64,000 nt of DNA from Promethearchaeota archaeon. GTDB taxonomy: Archaea > Asgardarchaeota > Lokiarchaeia > Sigyniarchaeales > SOKP01. Below, piece after piece: positions 42,107 to 52,300 of this stretch (the first letter of the stretch is position 1; each line of letters begins with the position of its first letter). The notes beneath the pieces are model-generated. The model was not told where the DNA came from. It worked only from the letters and a program-made list of their open reading frames with translations, and ran no database searches. The DNA is taken from contig JAEOSU010000080.1 in the NCBI GenBank assembly GCA_016840165.1, forward strand, positions 96,001 to 160,000. The letters run 5' to 3'. The position numbers and the translations under genes were made by a program.

Positions 42107-43048
42107 TTAAACTCCAAGGGTTTTATGTATGATATTTTCGATTATATTTTCGACTTTTATACCGGGTTTTGGTTTTATACTACCCAGCAAAACATGTCGA
42201 GTAATCTCTGAGAGATATTCATACATCGATTTTTTTTCTTTTACTTCTCCTTTTTTCTCTAAAAATTTCCTTCTCGCTAATAACTTAGCAATAGCAATCC
42301 CAGCTCTAATAGATGCAGGAACTTCAATATCGATTTTATTTCTCCGAGTTTCCTCAATGATTGTATAAATTAATTCTAATTCTGACTCTTCGATAATAAA
42401 GTGTTCTGGGAGATTAATTCTAATAATATCTAATTCAGTAGACTTTTCAGGATATGTTAACTTTATCCAGACTTTGATTCGGTCTTTTAAAGCTTCTGAG
42501 AGTCTATGTGTTCCTGACAATTCCTCGGGATTCATTGCAGAGATGAAAAAAAAATCATCGCTGGCTTTTATTCTGCCTAAATGAGGTATACCGATAGAGG
42601 CTTCTTCTAATGGTTCTAATAAAGTATTTTGAGAATATTCTGTGGCACGATTTATTTCATTTGCTAAAAAGGTTCCTCCCTCCAACATCGCACTCAATAA
42701 CGGTCCAGGATTAAAAGCTTCTAAGACAAACCCTTTCTTCAAAGTTATCGCCGGATCAAATGACCCTATAAAATGTGAGGGTTTAATGCTCTCATCCATT
42801 GTGAGCCAATGAAAGCTTTTATTTTTATTTTCTTTTGCCCTTAAACTTGCGAAGTATCTGCACAGGATTGTTTTACCCACACCAGGTGGACCGACGAGGG
42901 CAGGAAAAAGACCAGTTGCCTCTGCGTCCCTGAGTAACTCTAAAGCTCTTCCATATTGTCCAGATAAGACAATTTTTATTTCTTCTTCGGAAATATCTTT
43001 AATAAGTTGTTGATTAAACAATTGCTCAAATCTTTCTTTATTAATCAT
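42107..43048 (-). CDS. MoxR-type AAA+ ATPase (CoxD/AAA_5-like)
   Basis: GPPGVGKT, GPLLSAM, LANEINR (Walker B D to N), AMNP, LSEALKDR. Confidence 0.88.
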   Translation of the reverse strand: MINKERFEQLFNQQLIKDISEEEIKIVLSGQYGRALELLRDAEATGLFPALVGPPGVGKTILCRYFASLRAKENKNKSFHWLTMDESIKPSHFIGSFDPAITLKKGFVLEAFNPGPLLSAMLEGGTFLANEINRATEYSQNTLLEPLEEASIGIPHLGRIKASDDFFFISAMNPEELSGTHRLSEALKDRIKVWIKLTYPEKSTELDIIRINLPEHFIIEESELELIYTIIEETRRNKIDIEVPASIRAGIAIAKLLARRKFLEKKGEVKEKKSMYEYLSEITRHVLLGSIKPKPGIKVENIIENIIHKTLGV

Positions 43049-43244
43049 CTATAAAACTCATTTGAATTATTTGTAATTCTAGTAGGACTAATATGTGTAT
43101 ATTTAATTATTGGGAATTTAAAACTTTAAAGTTAATATTTTAAAATTATAATTTTATTAAATTCTGGTCAAATTCGTAAAAACGATGAATTGATGTGCTA
43201 ATAATAATTATTTATATATAGGAAAAAGAGTATTTTATATTTTA

Positions 43245-44174
43245 ATGAAAGAGACGCAAAACCCTCATAACCCTACCATGAAATTATCAGAGACTGAAAT
43301 CGCAATAGATTCTATTCTCGATTCAAGGAGGAGAGAAAATAAAAAAGCTAAAACGATTACTGGAATTCCTTATCCATTTCTTAAATGGGCAGGAGGTAAA
43401 AGACAATTGCTTTCACAGATGGAAAAGTTCATACCAAAAGAATTTAATAGATATATCGAACCGTTTGTAGGGGGTGGGGCATTATTTTTCTTTTTATTAC
43501 CGAAAAAAGCTATTCTATTAGATAATAACTTTGAATTGATTAATTGTTATAAAGTTATTAAAAAAAATGTGAATGAGCTTGTACAGTGTTTAAAAAAACA
43601 TACCTATAATAAGGAATATTACTATAAGATTCGAGCGCTTGATCGAAACATTGAAAAATACAGCATGTTATCAGATTCTGAAAAAGCTGCTAGGATGATC
43701 TTCTTAAATAAAACTGGCTATAATGGATTATATAGAGTAAATCAAAAGGGATTTTTTAATGTACCTTTTGGTAAATATAAAAATCCTAAAATCTGTGATA
43801 GAAAAAATCTTTTCGCAGTCCATCATGCTTTACAGTCAGTCAAAATAATTCATAATTCATTTGAACATTGCTTGGATTATGCTGAAGAGGAGGATTTCGT
43901 ATATTTAGATCCCCCATATTATCCTATTTCTGACACTTCATTATTTACAAGTTATACTAAATTTAATTTCGGAAAAGATTCGCAGATAAAACTACATAGT
44001 GTCTTTAAAAAATTGGATCAAAAAGGCTGCCAGATCCTTTTAAACAACTCATATTCGGATTTCATTTTAAATTTATATAAAGATTTTCGAATAGAGATTT
44101 TGAAAGCTAAAAGAGCAATTAATTCAAAGTCTAATAAAAGAGGCGAGATTAAGGAAGTTTTAATTATGAACTAA
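43245..44174 (+). CDS. dam: Dam-family (D12 class) DNA adenine methyltransferase, orphan
   Basis: PFLKWAGGKRQL, EPFVGGGA, YNGLYRVN...FNVPFG, YLDPPY. Confidence 0.92.
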   Translation: MKETQNPHNPTMKLSETEIAIDSILDSRRRENKKAKTITGIPYPFLKWAGGKRQLLSQMEKFIPKEFNRYIEPFVGGGALFFFLLPKKAILLDNNFELINCYKVIKKNVNELVQCLKKHTYNKEYYYKIRALDRNIEKYSMLSDSEKAARMIFLNKTGYNGLYRVNQKGFFNVPFGKYKNPKICDRKNLFAVHHALQSVKIIHNSFEHCLDYAEEEDFVYLDPPYYPISDTSLFTSYTKFNFGKDSQIKLHSVFKKLDQKGCQILLNNSYSDFILNLYKDFRIEILKAKRAINSKSNKRGEIKEVLIMN

Positions 44175-44216
44175 TACTATATTATTCTTAAATTACTTTA
44201 ATGTTGAGATCTTAAG

Positions 44217-46586
44217 ATGCAAGTAGAGGAGTTGGGATTTAGAGAAAGAACATCAAGAATAAAGGAAAGAATAATCTCACAACCACATGAAATATGTTTA
44301 GATAGAGCAAAACTGTTTACAGAATCGTATCAAAATACTAAGGATGAACCTCAAATTATTCGATTTGCTAAAGCCTTTCGCCATGTTTTAAATAATATGA
44401 CTATAAAGATCTGGGATGATGAATTTATAATAGGAAATAGATGTTCCAAATTAGTTGGTACACCTCTATTCCCAGAAGTGCGGGTTGATACTCTTGAACA
44501 AGATATTGATACTTTTGAAAATCGACCAGCACAGAAGATGTATATTAAATCAGAAGATCGAGATCTTATGAAAAAAATCATTATTCCCTATTGGAAAAAT
44601 AATGAAGAAACAGTAAAAGAAAAGTTTATGGGTAGTTTAGATCCTTCTGTTAGAGAAGTAATGGACACCCTTGTTTTCACAGTGGAAGCTGAAATGACAA
44701 ACGGAGTTGGCCATTTTATCCCTGGTCATGATAACCTTATAAGATTTGGATTGGGCTCCATCATTAAGAAGGCAGAGGAGAAACTAACGAGGATAGATGA
44801 AAATCCAGAAAAAGAAATTTTCCTTAAATCTGTGATAATTGAGTGTAAAGCAGTTCAAGAGTTCATATTAAGATATTATGATCTTGCTCAAAACTTAGCA
44901 TTGGAAGAGGGTAATGAAAGAAGAGAAAGAGAGTTAAGTGAAATCGCAAAAGTTTGCTTAAATATTTCATCTAAGCCTCCAAATTCATTTAAAGAGGCTC
45001 TTCAATTGATATTTTTTAATCATTTGGCTTGCAGTATTGAGGATGGGGGATACGCAATAAGTATCGGCCGGTTAGACCAGATTTTATATCCCTTTTTCCT
45101 AAATGATATAGAAGAAGAAAGAATAACAATCGAAGAAGTCCAATTTCTCACTGAATGCTTTTTTTTAAAACTTTCAACTCTTTGGAACTATGTTTTTTAC
45201 CTTGGGATTAGTGCTGTTGAGGGCCCTCCAATCGCGCAAAATGTCACCATTGGAGGATGTAATAGAAAAGGTGAAGATGCTGTTAATGAGCTTTCCTATG
45301 TAATATTAGACGCTTATTCAAATTTAAAATCTGTACAACCTACATTCTCAGTAAGAGTAAATAAAAATACCCCAGTTCAATTCTTGAAAAAAGTAGGCGA
45401 ATCAATAAAATCGGGAACAAGTATAGCATTATTTAATGATGATGTTATGATTAAAGGATTAATAAATCGAGGATTTTCTTTAGAGGACGCACGAGAATAC
45501 GCTCCTATTGGATGTGTTGAACCTCAACATCCGCATAAATCCTTTGGATCAACTAATGCTAATCAACTTAACATAGTAAAATGTTTAGAATTGGCATTGA
45601 CTAATGGTTTTGATATGTTTATTAGAAGAGAAATAGGAGTAAAAGATAGTAAACCTATCAGAACCTATGATGATTTATGGAATGCATTTGTAGAACAGAT
45701 GAAATTCTTTATAAGTAATATGGTACTTGCGATGAAAAGCCTTGATGAAACTATAGCCCAAATTAAACCGCAACCCTATTTATCTGCCTGTATCGACGAT
45801 TGTATTGAAAGAGGTTTAGATATAACAAATGGAGGCGCAATTTATAATTTCACTGGCCCTCAATTGATAGGATTGGCAACAGTTGCAGACAGTTTAGCGG
45901 TTATAAAAAAAGTTGTCTTTGAAGAGAAACTTCTTACTTTAGAGCAACTAACTCAAATTCTAATGAAAAATTATAGAGGTACTTATAATAATAGAAAAGG
46001 GAATGAATGGCGCGAAATTTTCATAAATAAAGTTCCTAAATTTGGAAATGATAATGATTATGTTGATCAGATAGCAGTTGATGTCGCTAAAATCTATTGC
46101 CATGAGATATATAAATACCAAAACTTTCGAGGAGGGAAGTTTAATCCTGGTATATATTCAACATCTTTACACTTAACGTTTGGTGCGTTCTCTGGAGCAT
46201 CAGCGGATGGAAGAAAATCAAGGGAGCCACTCTCCAATGGAGTGGGTCCTACCCATAGTAGAGATAAGAAGGGTCCTACAGCAATCCTAAATTCTGTGAA
46301 AAAATTGTATAATGAATTAATGACCAATGGAAATTCACTTCTGTTAGCTTTTCATCCCAACAGTATGTCTGAGGAGATTTTTATACCATTAGTTCAAAGT
46401 TTTTTTACAAAAGAGGGAGGTTATCAACTTCAATTCAATGTTGTAGGAAAGAAAACTCTCTGTGATGCTCAAAGGAATCCAGAGAATTATAGTGGTTTAG
46501 TAGTTAGAATTGCTGGCTATTCAGTATTATTTAATGAATTAACTAAAAATGCGCAAGATGAAATAATTGCCAGAACAGTTTATTAG
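44217..46586 (+). CDS. Glycyl radical enzyme (PFL2/eliminase-like, substrate unknown)
   Basis: SIGRLDQ, single-Cys loop IGCVEP, PKFGND, C-terminal LVVRIAGYS glycyl radical motif. Confidence 0.9.
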   Translation: MQVEELGFRERTSRIKERIISQPHEICLDRAKLFTESYQNTKDEPQIIRFAKAFRHVLNNMTIKIWDDEFIIGNRCSKLVGTPLFPEVRVDTLEQDIDTFENRPAQKMYIKSEDRDLMKKIIIPYWKNNEETVKEKFMGSLDPSVREVMDTLVFTVEAEMTNGVGHFIPGHDNLIRFGLGSIIKKAEEKLTRIDENPEKEIFLKSVIIECKAVQEFILRYYDLAQNLALEEGNERRERELSEIAKVCLNISSKPPNSFKEALQLIFFNHLACSIEDGGYAISIGRLDQILYPFFLNDIEEERITIEEVQFLTECFFLKLSTLWNYVFYLGISAVEGPPIAQNVTIGGCNRKGEDAVNELSYVILDAYSNLKSVQPTFSVRVNKNTPVQFLKKVGESIKSGTSIALFNDDVMIKGLINRGFSLEDAREYAPIGCVEPQHPHKSFGSTNANQLNIVKCLELALTNGFDMFIRREIGVKDSKPIRTYDDLWNAFVEQMKFFISNMVLAMKSLDETIAQIKPQPYLSACIDDCIERGLDITNGGAIYNFTGPQLIGLATVADSLAVIKKVVFEEKLLTLEQLTQILMKNYRGTYNNRKGNEWREIFINKVPKFGNDNDYVDQIAVDVAKIYCHEIYKYQNFRGGKFNPGIYSTSLHLTFGAFSGASADGRKSREPLSNGVGPTHSRDKKGPTAILNSVKKLYNELMTNGNSLLLAFHPNSMSEEIFIPLVQSFFTKEGGYQLQFNVVGKKTLCDAQRNPENYSGLVVRIAGYSVLFNELTKNAQDEIIARTVY

Positions 46587-46647
46587 TAAATCCAAAAAAT
46601 TTTTAGCGACTTATGTTTTTACTATTTATTACAAGTTTCATAGATTT

Positions 46648-46749
46648 GGGCCTGTAGATTAGTCGCAGATGGATGCCCTCATGAACGAAGCATCTTGAAA
46701 CGCGTGATTCGCATTCACGAGACCGCGGGTTCAATTCCCGCCAGGTCCA
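46648..46749 (+). tRNA. tRNA-Ala(CGC) with a 30-nt intron at non-canonical position 24/25
   Basis: Acceptor GGGCCTG/CAGGTCC with G3:U70 and discriminator A. Anticodon arm CGTGA-TTCGCAT-TCACG (CGC at 46710-46712). T arm GCGGG-TTCAATT-CCCGC. Removing 46671-46700 restores D stem GATT/GATC. Confidence 0.85.
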
Positions 46750-46869
46750 CTCTTAATTGAAAGCTTTTTGGTGTAAAAAATAATTATTAATTGGTTTACT
46801 TCTACATATTCATAGAATTATGAATATATTTTTTTAAATAATCTCATTTTATACAATTAAATATCCTAG

Positions 46870-47616
46870 ATGATGATGAAGCTCTTAGTAATCATTCCTG
46901 CATTTAATGAAGAGAAGACTATTGAGAATGTAGTAAAAAGTATTCCTAATATTCCTAATATAGATCAAGATGTGCTCGTTATCGATGATGGAAGCAGTGA
47001 TAATACTTTAATATATGCTAAAAAACAAGGAGCTGAGACTCGCTCAAATAGAAGAAATATGGGACTTGGTTCGGCTTTTAAATTAGGTTTAAATTATGTT
47101 TTACAAGAAAAAGTCGATTATATAGCAATTTTGGATGCTGATGGACAATATGAGCCATATGGATTAAAAAGACTCATCAATCCAATTATTAATGAAAATT
47201 ATGATTTGGTTATCGGTAATCGTTTCATTAATGGAGGATATTTTGAAGCAAGAACTATAAAACGTCTGGGAAATCTCTTTATTTCTACACTTATATCGAA
47301 AGTATTATTAAGATTAGAGATAGTCTATGATATTCAATCTTCTTTTAGGGCATTCAATAAAAAGTTAGCTATATTTATTTTAAACAATATTAACGCGAAA
47401 TATAATTATGCTCAAGAAATGTTTATTTTAGCTAGCCTATATAGATTCAGGATTAAGCAGATCCCGGTTATATGTAAAAAGAGACATTCAGGAAAATCCA
47501 GACTTATTAAAAACCCAGCTCTCCATATAGTTCGAATATTATGGGTTTGTCTTAAAACATTTATAAAAAATTTTTTTATAAGGAATTACTCTTTTCCCTC
47601 ATCAAGTCCTAATTGA
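46870..47616 (+). CDS. GT2 glycosyltransferase (DPM1-like)
   Basis: IIPAFNEE, IDDGSSDNT, LDADGQY, VIGNRF. Confidence 0.9.
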   Translation: MMMKLLVIIPAFNEEKTIENVVKSIPNIPNIDQDVLVIDDGSSDNTLIYAKKQGAETRSNRRNMGLGSAFKLGLNYVLQEKVDYIAILDADGQYEPYGLKRLINPIINENYDLVIGNRFINGGYFEARTIKRLGNLFISTLISKVLLRLEIVYDIQSSFRAFNKKLAIFILNNINAKYNYAQEMFILASLYRFRIKQIPVICKKRHSGKSRLIKNPALHIVRILWVCLKTFIKNFFIRNYSFPSSSPN

Positions 47617-48344
47617 GAGATCATCATTCTTTTTAAATCCTGTCTATTTTTTGGCAGCCCAAACATATCTGCATATTTGTCTGTAGTCATTAATTCATGG
47701 CTTCTTCCTTTTTTTTCTGCAGATATTAATTCATTATCAAGGAGATACTTAACATGTTCGTATGCACCAGTACCTCTAATTTTTATGACAGTTGACTTTA
47801 AAATTGGTTGCTTTAAGGCAATTATAGTAAGGGTTCTTAAATACTTTTCCGCTATCGCCCCACCTTTAGTAAATTTGGAAATAGTTTCTGTATATTCCGG
47901 TCTTAGCTGCATTTGGTAGCGCTCTCCAACTTGCGCTATGACAAGCGCACTCGAGCGATCTAAATATTCATATGCAAGTTCGGTGATTAATTCTTCCACC
48001 AACTTTTTTGAGATTTCTAGTTTAGTGGCAATTTCTTCTATATCCAATGGACTTCCAGCAGCATAAAGAGCTCCTTCAATTAAATTTTTTTGGATAATCC
48101 GAAATTCTTTATCTTCATCTAAAGTTTCTTTTTCTATTTTTTCTTCTCCAATATCCATTTCATCGCTGTCCTCACTCTCAATATCTTCGATTTGCTCACT
48201 ATCTTGATCAATAGTATCATTTATTTCAGTATCAGATTCATTATTTTCATGGGATCCTTGTTCTGGATCAGATATGGATTCAACTTCTTTTTGATTTTCA
48301 TCTTTTAAATATTCCTCAATTTGATTTTCTTCCTCATTATCCAT
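47586..48344 (-). CDS. scpB: SMC-Scp complex subunit ScpB with acidic N-terminal extension
   Basis: IEGALYAAGSPL, LRTLTIIALKQPILKS..IRG, TTDKYADMFGL. Confidence 0.92.
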   Translation of the reverse strand: MDNEEENQIEEYLKDENQKEVESISDPEQGSHENNESDTEINDTIDQDSEQIEDIESEDSDEMDIGEEKIEKETLDEDKEFRIIQKNLIEGALYAAGSPLDIEEIATKLEISKKLVEELITELAYEYLDRSSALVIAQVGERYQMQLRPEYTETISKFTKGGAIAEKYLRTLTIIALKQPILKSTVIKIRGTGAYEHVKYLLDNELISAEKKGRSHELMTTDKYADMFGLPKNRQDLKRMMISQLGLDEGKE

Positions 48345-48359
48345 GGTTTAATCTCCCAA

Positions 48360-49355
48360 TTATCTTATATTAATTATAAAATCCCTAAAATCCTCTTCCT
48401 GGTTTAAGGTTAACTTATTTCCCGTTGAGAGAAACATTAATGCTAAAAACATCCTTACAAATGCAAATCTTCTTCCAATATCAGATGGTTCTTCATTTTT
48501 AATTATTTGAGCTAAATCAAAAAAAGTAGTCTCTACACCTTCTAAGTTTATTTTTGCTTTTATTCGATTAAACCAGGACTCATGTAATTCCTCTATTGAT
48601 TGTTCTCTTCCACTGATATGCTTTAATAATTCTTTTGGTAACTGAGCTTTTGATCTCATCTGGATTTTTTGTTCTTTTAATTGTTCTCTTCGTAATCGTC
48701 TCCGCCTTAATTTCTCTTTATTTTGCATTGTTTCTATTATAGCAGAGCGCATAGCTTCGAATAACTCCTCTTTTGTTGCAATAAGCATTTTTGGCTGCAA
48801 TGGTTGAGATAATGTTTTCGGGATGGTTCTAGCATGCGATTGCCTGAACTTTTCGAGCTCCTCTTTTTTCTGTATTTCCTCCTCTTGTTTAATGATGCTC
48901 GAGATTTTATAGTGATGTAATGATGCAGAGGTTTTGAGAGCAATTCCTGAAATTTTGTAATTTATTAGACTTTCATGGAGCATGTTATCGAAAAATTTGT
49001 CTACCAGTGAAGCTAAGTCGTAAAATGCTACATTTGAATCTTTTGCGAGCTCCGTATCCAACAAACTCGAATAAGGAGGTTTTTGCCAGAATTTCAATTC
49101 CATTTTTTCCTTATACAATAAAGCAGGGTCATCATCTTCCTCTACTCCCGCAATTAATTCTTCTTCTAACTCAACTTCTTGCGTTCGATCAATAAAATCC
49201 GGGTGAGAAACAATCTCCTCCAGTAATTTAATTATATCTTTCTTTTTTGATTTAGAAGGAATTGTAATATTATTTTTTCCAGCAAAATCTCTTAATTGTG
49301 CAACAGTCCATTCAGTAAATTTGTTTTCTTCTTTAGCTTCACTTTCTTTTGAAAT
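48360..49355 (-). CDS. scpA: Kleisin ScpA with N-terminal HeH/SAP-like domain (ORF track start 49118; inferred ATT start 49355, 331 aa)
   Basis: YDLASLVDKF...ISGIALKTSASLHHYK N-kleisin; FLALMFL...LNQEEDF C-terminal winged helix; lies between smc and scpB; frame open upstream to a GGTGA-preceded ATT. Confidence 0.85.
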   Translation of the reverse strand: MSKESEAKEENKFTEWTVAQLRDFAGKNNITIPSKSKKKDIIKLLEEIVSHPDFIDRTQEVELEEELIAGVEEDDDPALLYKEKMELKFWQKPPYSSLLDTELAKDSNVAFYDLASLVDKFFDNMLHESLINYKISGIALKTSASLHHYKISSIIKQEEEIQKKEELEKFRQSHARTIPKTLSQPLQPKMLIATKEELFEAMRSAIIETMQNKEKLRRRRLRREQLKEQKIQMRSKAQLPKELLKHISGREQSIEELHESWFNRIKAKINLEGVETTFFDLAQIIKNEEPSDIGRRFAFVRMFLALMFLSTGNKLTLNQEEDFRDFIINIR

Positions 49356-49362
49356 TTCTATT

Positions 49363-49367
49363 TCACC
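49363..49367 (-). promoter_or_regulatory. Shine-Dalgarno-like GGTGA for scpA
   Basis: GGTGA lies 7 nt before the in-frame ATT at 49355; the same motif precedes mcm (TTG) and cofD. Confidence 0.6.
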
Positions 49368-49387
49368 TAATTAAAATGAATACTTAA

Positions 49388-52300
49388 TTAACTTTCCTCG
49401 ATGTTTGTGGGTACATCCGGTAATTCTAATAATTTTTTAGCCTCCTCCTCTAAATCGACGCTAAATATATCCGTTATACCACTTTGCTGCATTGTGACCC
49501 CATATATTCTATCTGCATTTACAATATTCTCTTCTCGATGACTAATAACCATGAATTGAGCTTGTTGAGCAAATTCTTTAATCACCATGCTTACTCTATG
49601 AACATTTGGACCGTCAAGGGCAGCATCTATTTCATCCATTATATAAAAGGGTGCGGGATAGAACTCCTGCACAGCAAAGATGAATGAGAGAGCTACGAGC
49701 GTTTTCTCTCCTCCACTAAGAATTTCCAAGCTTGAGATCTTCTTTCCTCTTGGTCGTGCTTCTATACTTACACCTCCTTCGAAAGGTTTATCCGGACGAT
49801 CTAAAATCATTTTAGCAGAGCCACCTGGGGATAATTTTTGAAAAATTCGCGAAAATTCTCGATTAATTTCATGATATGCTTTCATAAAAGTACGAGTTTT
49901 CTCAAGTTCAATCTTTTCTATAGCATCTAAGATAGCTTTACGTTCACGTTGGATTGTTTGTCTTCGCATATCGATCTCATCAAAGCGTTCTTTAACGGCA
50001 TCAAATTGTTCTATTGCTTTGAGATTTACAGGTTCCAAAGCATTTTTCTTTTTAGATGCTTCAGATATATCCGATTGGAGTCCAGATTCGGATAAATCAT
50101 CTGTAACAGGAGGAATAACACCATAATCTTTAGAACGATGATAAAGGGTTTCAATTTGATCTTTAGTAATTATAATTCTTGATTCATAATTATTTATTTT
50201 CGAATTTTCCATAGAATAATCTGTTTTTAAATCAGTGATTATTTTCTGATAGTTCTTTTGCTTATTCCAAGATTCATCTTTTTGTTGAATAAATTGATTT
50301 AATTCTTCTTGTTTGAGATTTTTGTTTTGTTTTTCTTGTGATAAATTCTCTTCGAATTTTTTTATTTCTATGGAGATTTTTTCAATTTCTTTCTCAGTAT
50401 CATCAATATCTTGATGTAATGCTAAAATTTTGTTTTCTCTTTCTTTATTTTTATTGATTTCATTTAAATTTCCTTGATTTTTCTGTAAATCATTATTAAG
50501 CTTATTTAGATTCTTTTGAGCGGCTTTCTGGAGCTCTATTTCTTTGCTTTTTTCTTGTCTTAATCCATCAATGATGTTTTGTATTTCATCAACTTTTGAT
50601 TGCAGGCTTTCAATCTGTTTTTTATTTTCCTCAACATTTTTCTTGCTAGCTTCAATATTTATCTTTGCATCTGAATTTTCTTTTGATAAATCCTCAATAG
50701 ACGTAATAATCATCATTATATTATCTAAAGATCTCAATTTGTTCATAGTTTCTTCTAAAATCTTATTTTGTTCGTCGATCTGAACCCTTATACTTTCAGT
50801 GTTTTCCCAAAATTTCTCCTTTTTACCAATTAATTCATTTATATTCGAATTGATGGATTCTTGTTCCCTGTTAACTGAGTCAATTTTATTTTTTATTTCA
50901 TTTATTGTCTCTTTCTTTGAGTCAATGTATTTTTTTAAATCTTCAATATTCGTCTCTATTTCAATAATACTATCAAAAAGAGATTGAATTCCCTGTAATT
51001 CTTGGAGATTTATCTGTAATTGTTCCAACTCTTTTTGTTTCGAATCGATTTTACCTTGAATTATTTCAATATTTTCCCAGTACTTAGATTTTAGATCTTT
51101 TAATTTTTTGATATCATCTTCATAATTTTCTTTTTCTTTTTCATTAATTTGATTACTCCTTTGACTTATTTCCTCTTCAGATTTACTTATAGTCTCACTC
51201 GCCTCAGAGATTTTTCTATTAACTTCATCTAATCGTTTAGTATACAGAGCAAAGTCTTCGGAATCCCGTTTTTTGTTAATATTAACCTCAGTTAATTTAT
51301 TCTCTATGGTATTTAAATCATCTGTTTGAGATGCAATGTTTAGAGAAATCGCCTCGAGTTGTTTATATAGGTCCTGACTCTTAGACATAGTTAGTTTTCT
51401 AAGAGAAATATAGACATTTTCAAGGATTTCCATAAGATCTTGAACAAAACTATCGAAGTTAGTCGTCGATTCTTGAATTTCAACATCAGCAGATTCTTTT
51501 ACTTTAGAAATTAACTGATCAATGGTAGAATCAACATTATCAGTAAATAGAGAAAGGGTTTGGAGTATTGAATTAATAGATTTCGAGGTTTCGCTTTCTT
51601 CATCAGTCTCACCACTAACGTCCTCAATGGTTTTCATAATATCTACGATATCTAATACAAATTTACGGAAATCATCAGCTGAAGTTTCAATAGCCTCAGC
51701 ATTTGATTGTTGTATATTACTCTTTATTGATTCTACACTAATATTGATATTTTGCGTTAACATATTTAGGATTTGAAGTATACCGGTTATATCTTCTGTA
51801 TTTCTCTCATATTCTTTTTCTGTTTTTTCAATTTTTAAAGAAAGTTCTTCTTTTTCTTTTATTAAATCATTTAAGCGTCTTTGAATATTTTCCTTTTTAG
51901 AAACGAGATTATTTTCGTCATTTTCTACTTTAGCGAGATTACTCTTTAGATTATTAACTTTTAACTCTGAATCACTCTTTTCTCGTTCAAGGTTTGTGAA
52001 GTCTCGGTTTACTAATTTTAATTTTGTATTTAGGTTTTCTATTTTTGCTTTGTGGTCATATATTTCTGATTCTATAGAATCTTGCTTCATTATCAATAAT
52101 TCTAAATCTTGTTCATATTTTCTGAATGTTGAATTTTCTTGTTGATATTCTTTCTTTAACTTATTTAATTCATTATTAATTGCTGATTTTTTATTCAGCA
52201 TTTCCTTTAAAACGATTTCTGTATCTTTACCCTCACTTAATTCTTTAATTCTGTTCTCAATTAATGTCTTTTTTTCCTCCATTTCCGCTATTCTCGTGTT

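Noticed and set aside
46648-46750. Resemblance to tmRNA ends (G3:U70, GCGGGTTCAATTCCCGCCAG.TCCAC)
   Set aside because: A complete anticodon arm with CGC is present and there is no room for an mRNA-like domain; intron-containing tRNA-Ala explains it
43245-47616. Dam, GRE, tRNA and glycosyltransferase as an integrated island
   Set aside because: No integrase, no duplicated tRNA 3' end found, and no evident compositional shift
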